Below, in pieces: positions 63,359 to 64,000 of a stretch of DNA of 64,000 nucleotides. The first letter of the stretch is position 1. Every line of letters starts with the position of its first letter. The stretch comes from Klebsormidium nitens (Eukaryota > Plantae > Klebsormidiophyceae). Made by a program: the position numbers and the translations under genes. A model generated the notes under the pieces. That model did not search any database. It was not told the origin of the DNA and was given only the letters and a program-made list of their open reading frames with translations. The stretch is from assembly GCA_000708835.1 (NCBI GenBank), contig DF237048.1, positions 62,001 through 126,000 on the forward strand. Direction: 5' to 3'.

Positions 63359-64000
63359 ACCCCTGTTTCAGAGATTGATCAGCTTTGCGGTCTGGTGCGG
63401 ATTGTTTGTTGCTAGGATCCAGTCTACTTTGGACAGAACCTGTGCAGTGCTTACTTGTCTTGATATGAAGCCTCCAGGGATTCTACAAGCACAAACAAAG
63501 TACTGATTCTGTGAACAAGCACTTGATCCTCTCTGCTTGTCTTTCTGACAATCTACTTGAAACCAGATGTAGAGACCAGTCAGGATCTGTACGCAAGTAA
63601 GCTTCTGTAGTTTCACAGGTAGTCTATTAAAGCTCTAGTCAGCCAAGTCTCTGCAGAGGCGTCGGAGTACAAAAATACATACAGTGACGGATAGAGCGCT
63701 TGTTCCTGGGAGGTGTATATGGTGTTTGATATTTGACTCTGAAAACCAATGGGTACTTGAGATTCTGCAGCTTGCGGCTTCACAGAGCTCCATATGTGTT
63801 TGAATCTCAATCACTGTAAAACGTATCATGTTGTTTGAGCAGCAAGCACCAAGCCTGTTAGCATGTTATGTGTGTGAATCAGCTTGCATCCACTCCTGCA
63901 CAACTAACCACTTTTATCACCATGGCCTGGAGATGCAATCAATTGCAATAGACTGCAGTGCTCCATTGGTACATGCCATGCTGCATACTTACGGTAGTCT

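Overview
Intron-rich eukaryotic genomic DNA from the green lineage. It is most likely a streptophyte alga (Klebsormidium-like); this is inferred from plant-type H2A/H2B, a plant-style DHHC protein and GC-rich exons, not from a database match. Gene models rebuilt by hand from GT/GC-AG junctions and phase matching: 3' end of an alpha-2-macroglobulin-like gene; DUF4050/Gag1-clamp gene (-, crosses an N gap); DHHC S-acyltransferase; ISCA2 (-); intronless PIG-C; a 14-exon secreted 5'-nucleotidase with three unusual 8-Cys modules; an atypical alpha/beta hydrolase; an orphan gene with a PB1/ubiquitin-like tail (-); a DUF2358/NTF2-like gene (-); and a divergent H2B/H2A pair. Two signals stand out. (1) Both histone genes share an identical animal-style 3' stem-loop plus a second conserved element 7-8 nt downstream, suggesting non-polyadenylated, possibly snRNA-guided histone 3' processing. 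(2) Five genes carry intronic tandem copies of 'splice acceptor + exon start' (about 110-170 bp units, up to 9 copies) directly upstream of the functional exon. No tRNA, rRNA or CRISPR array and no intact transposon were recognised.
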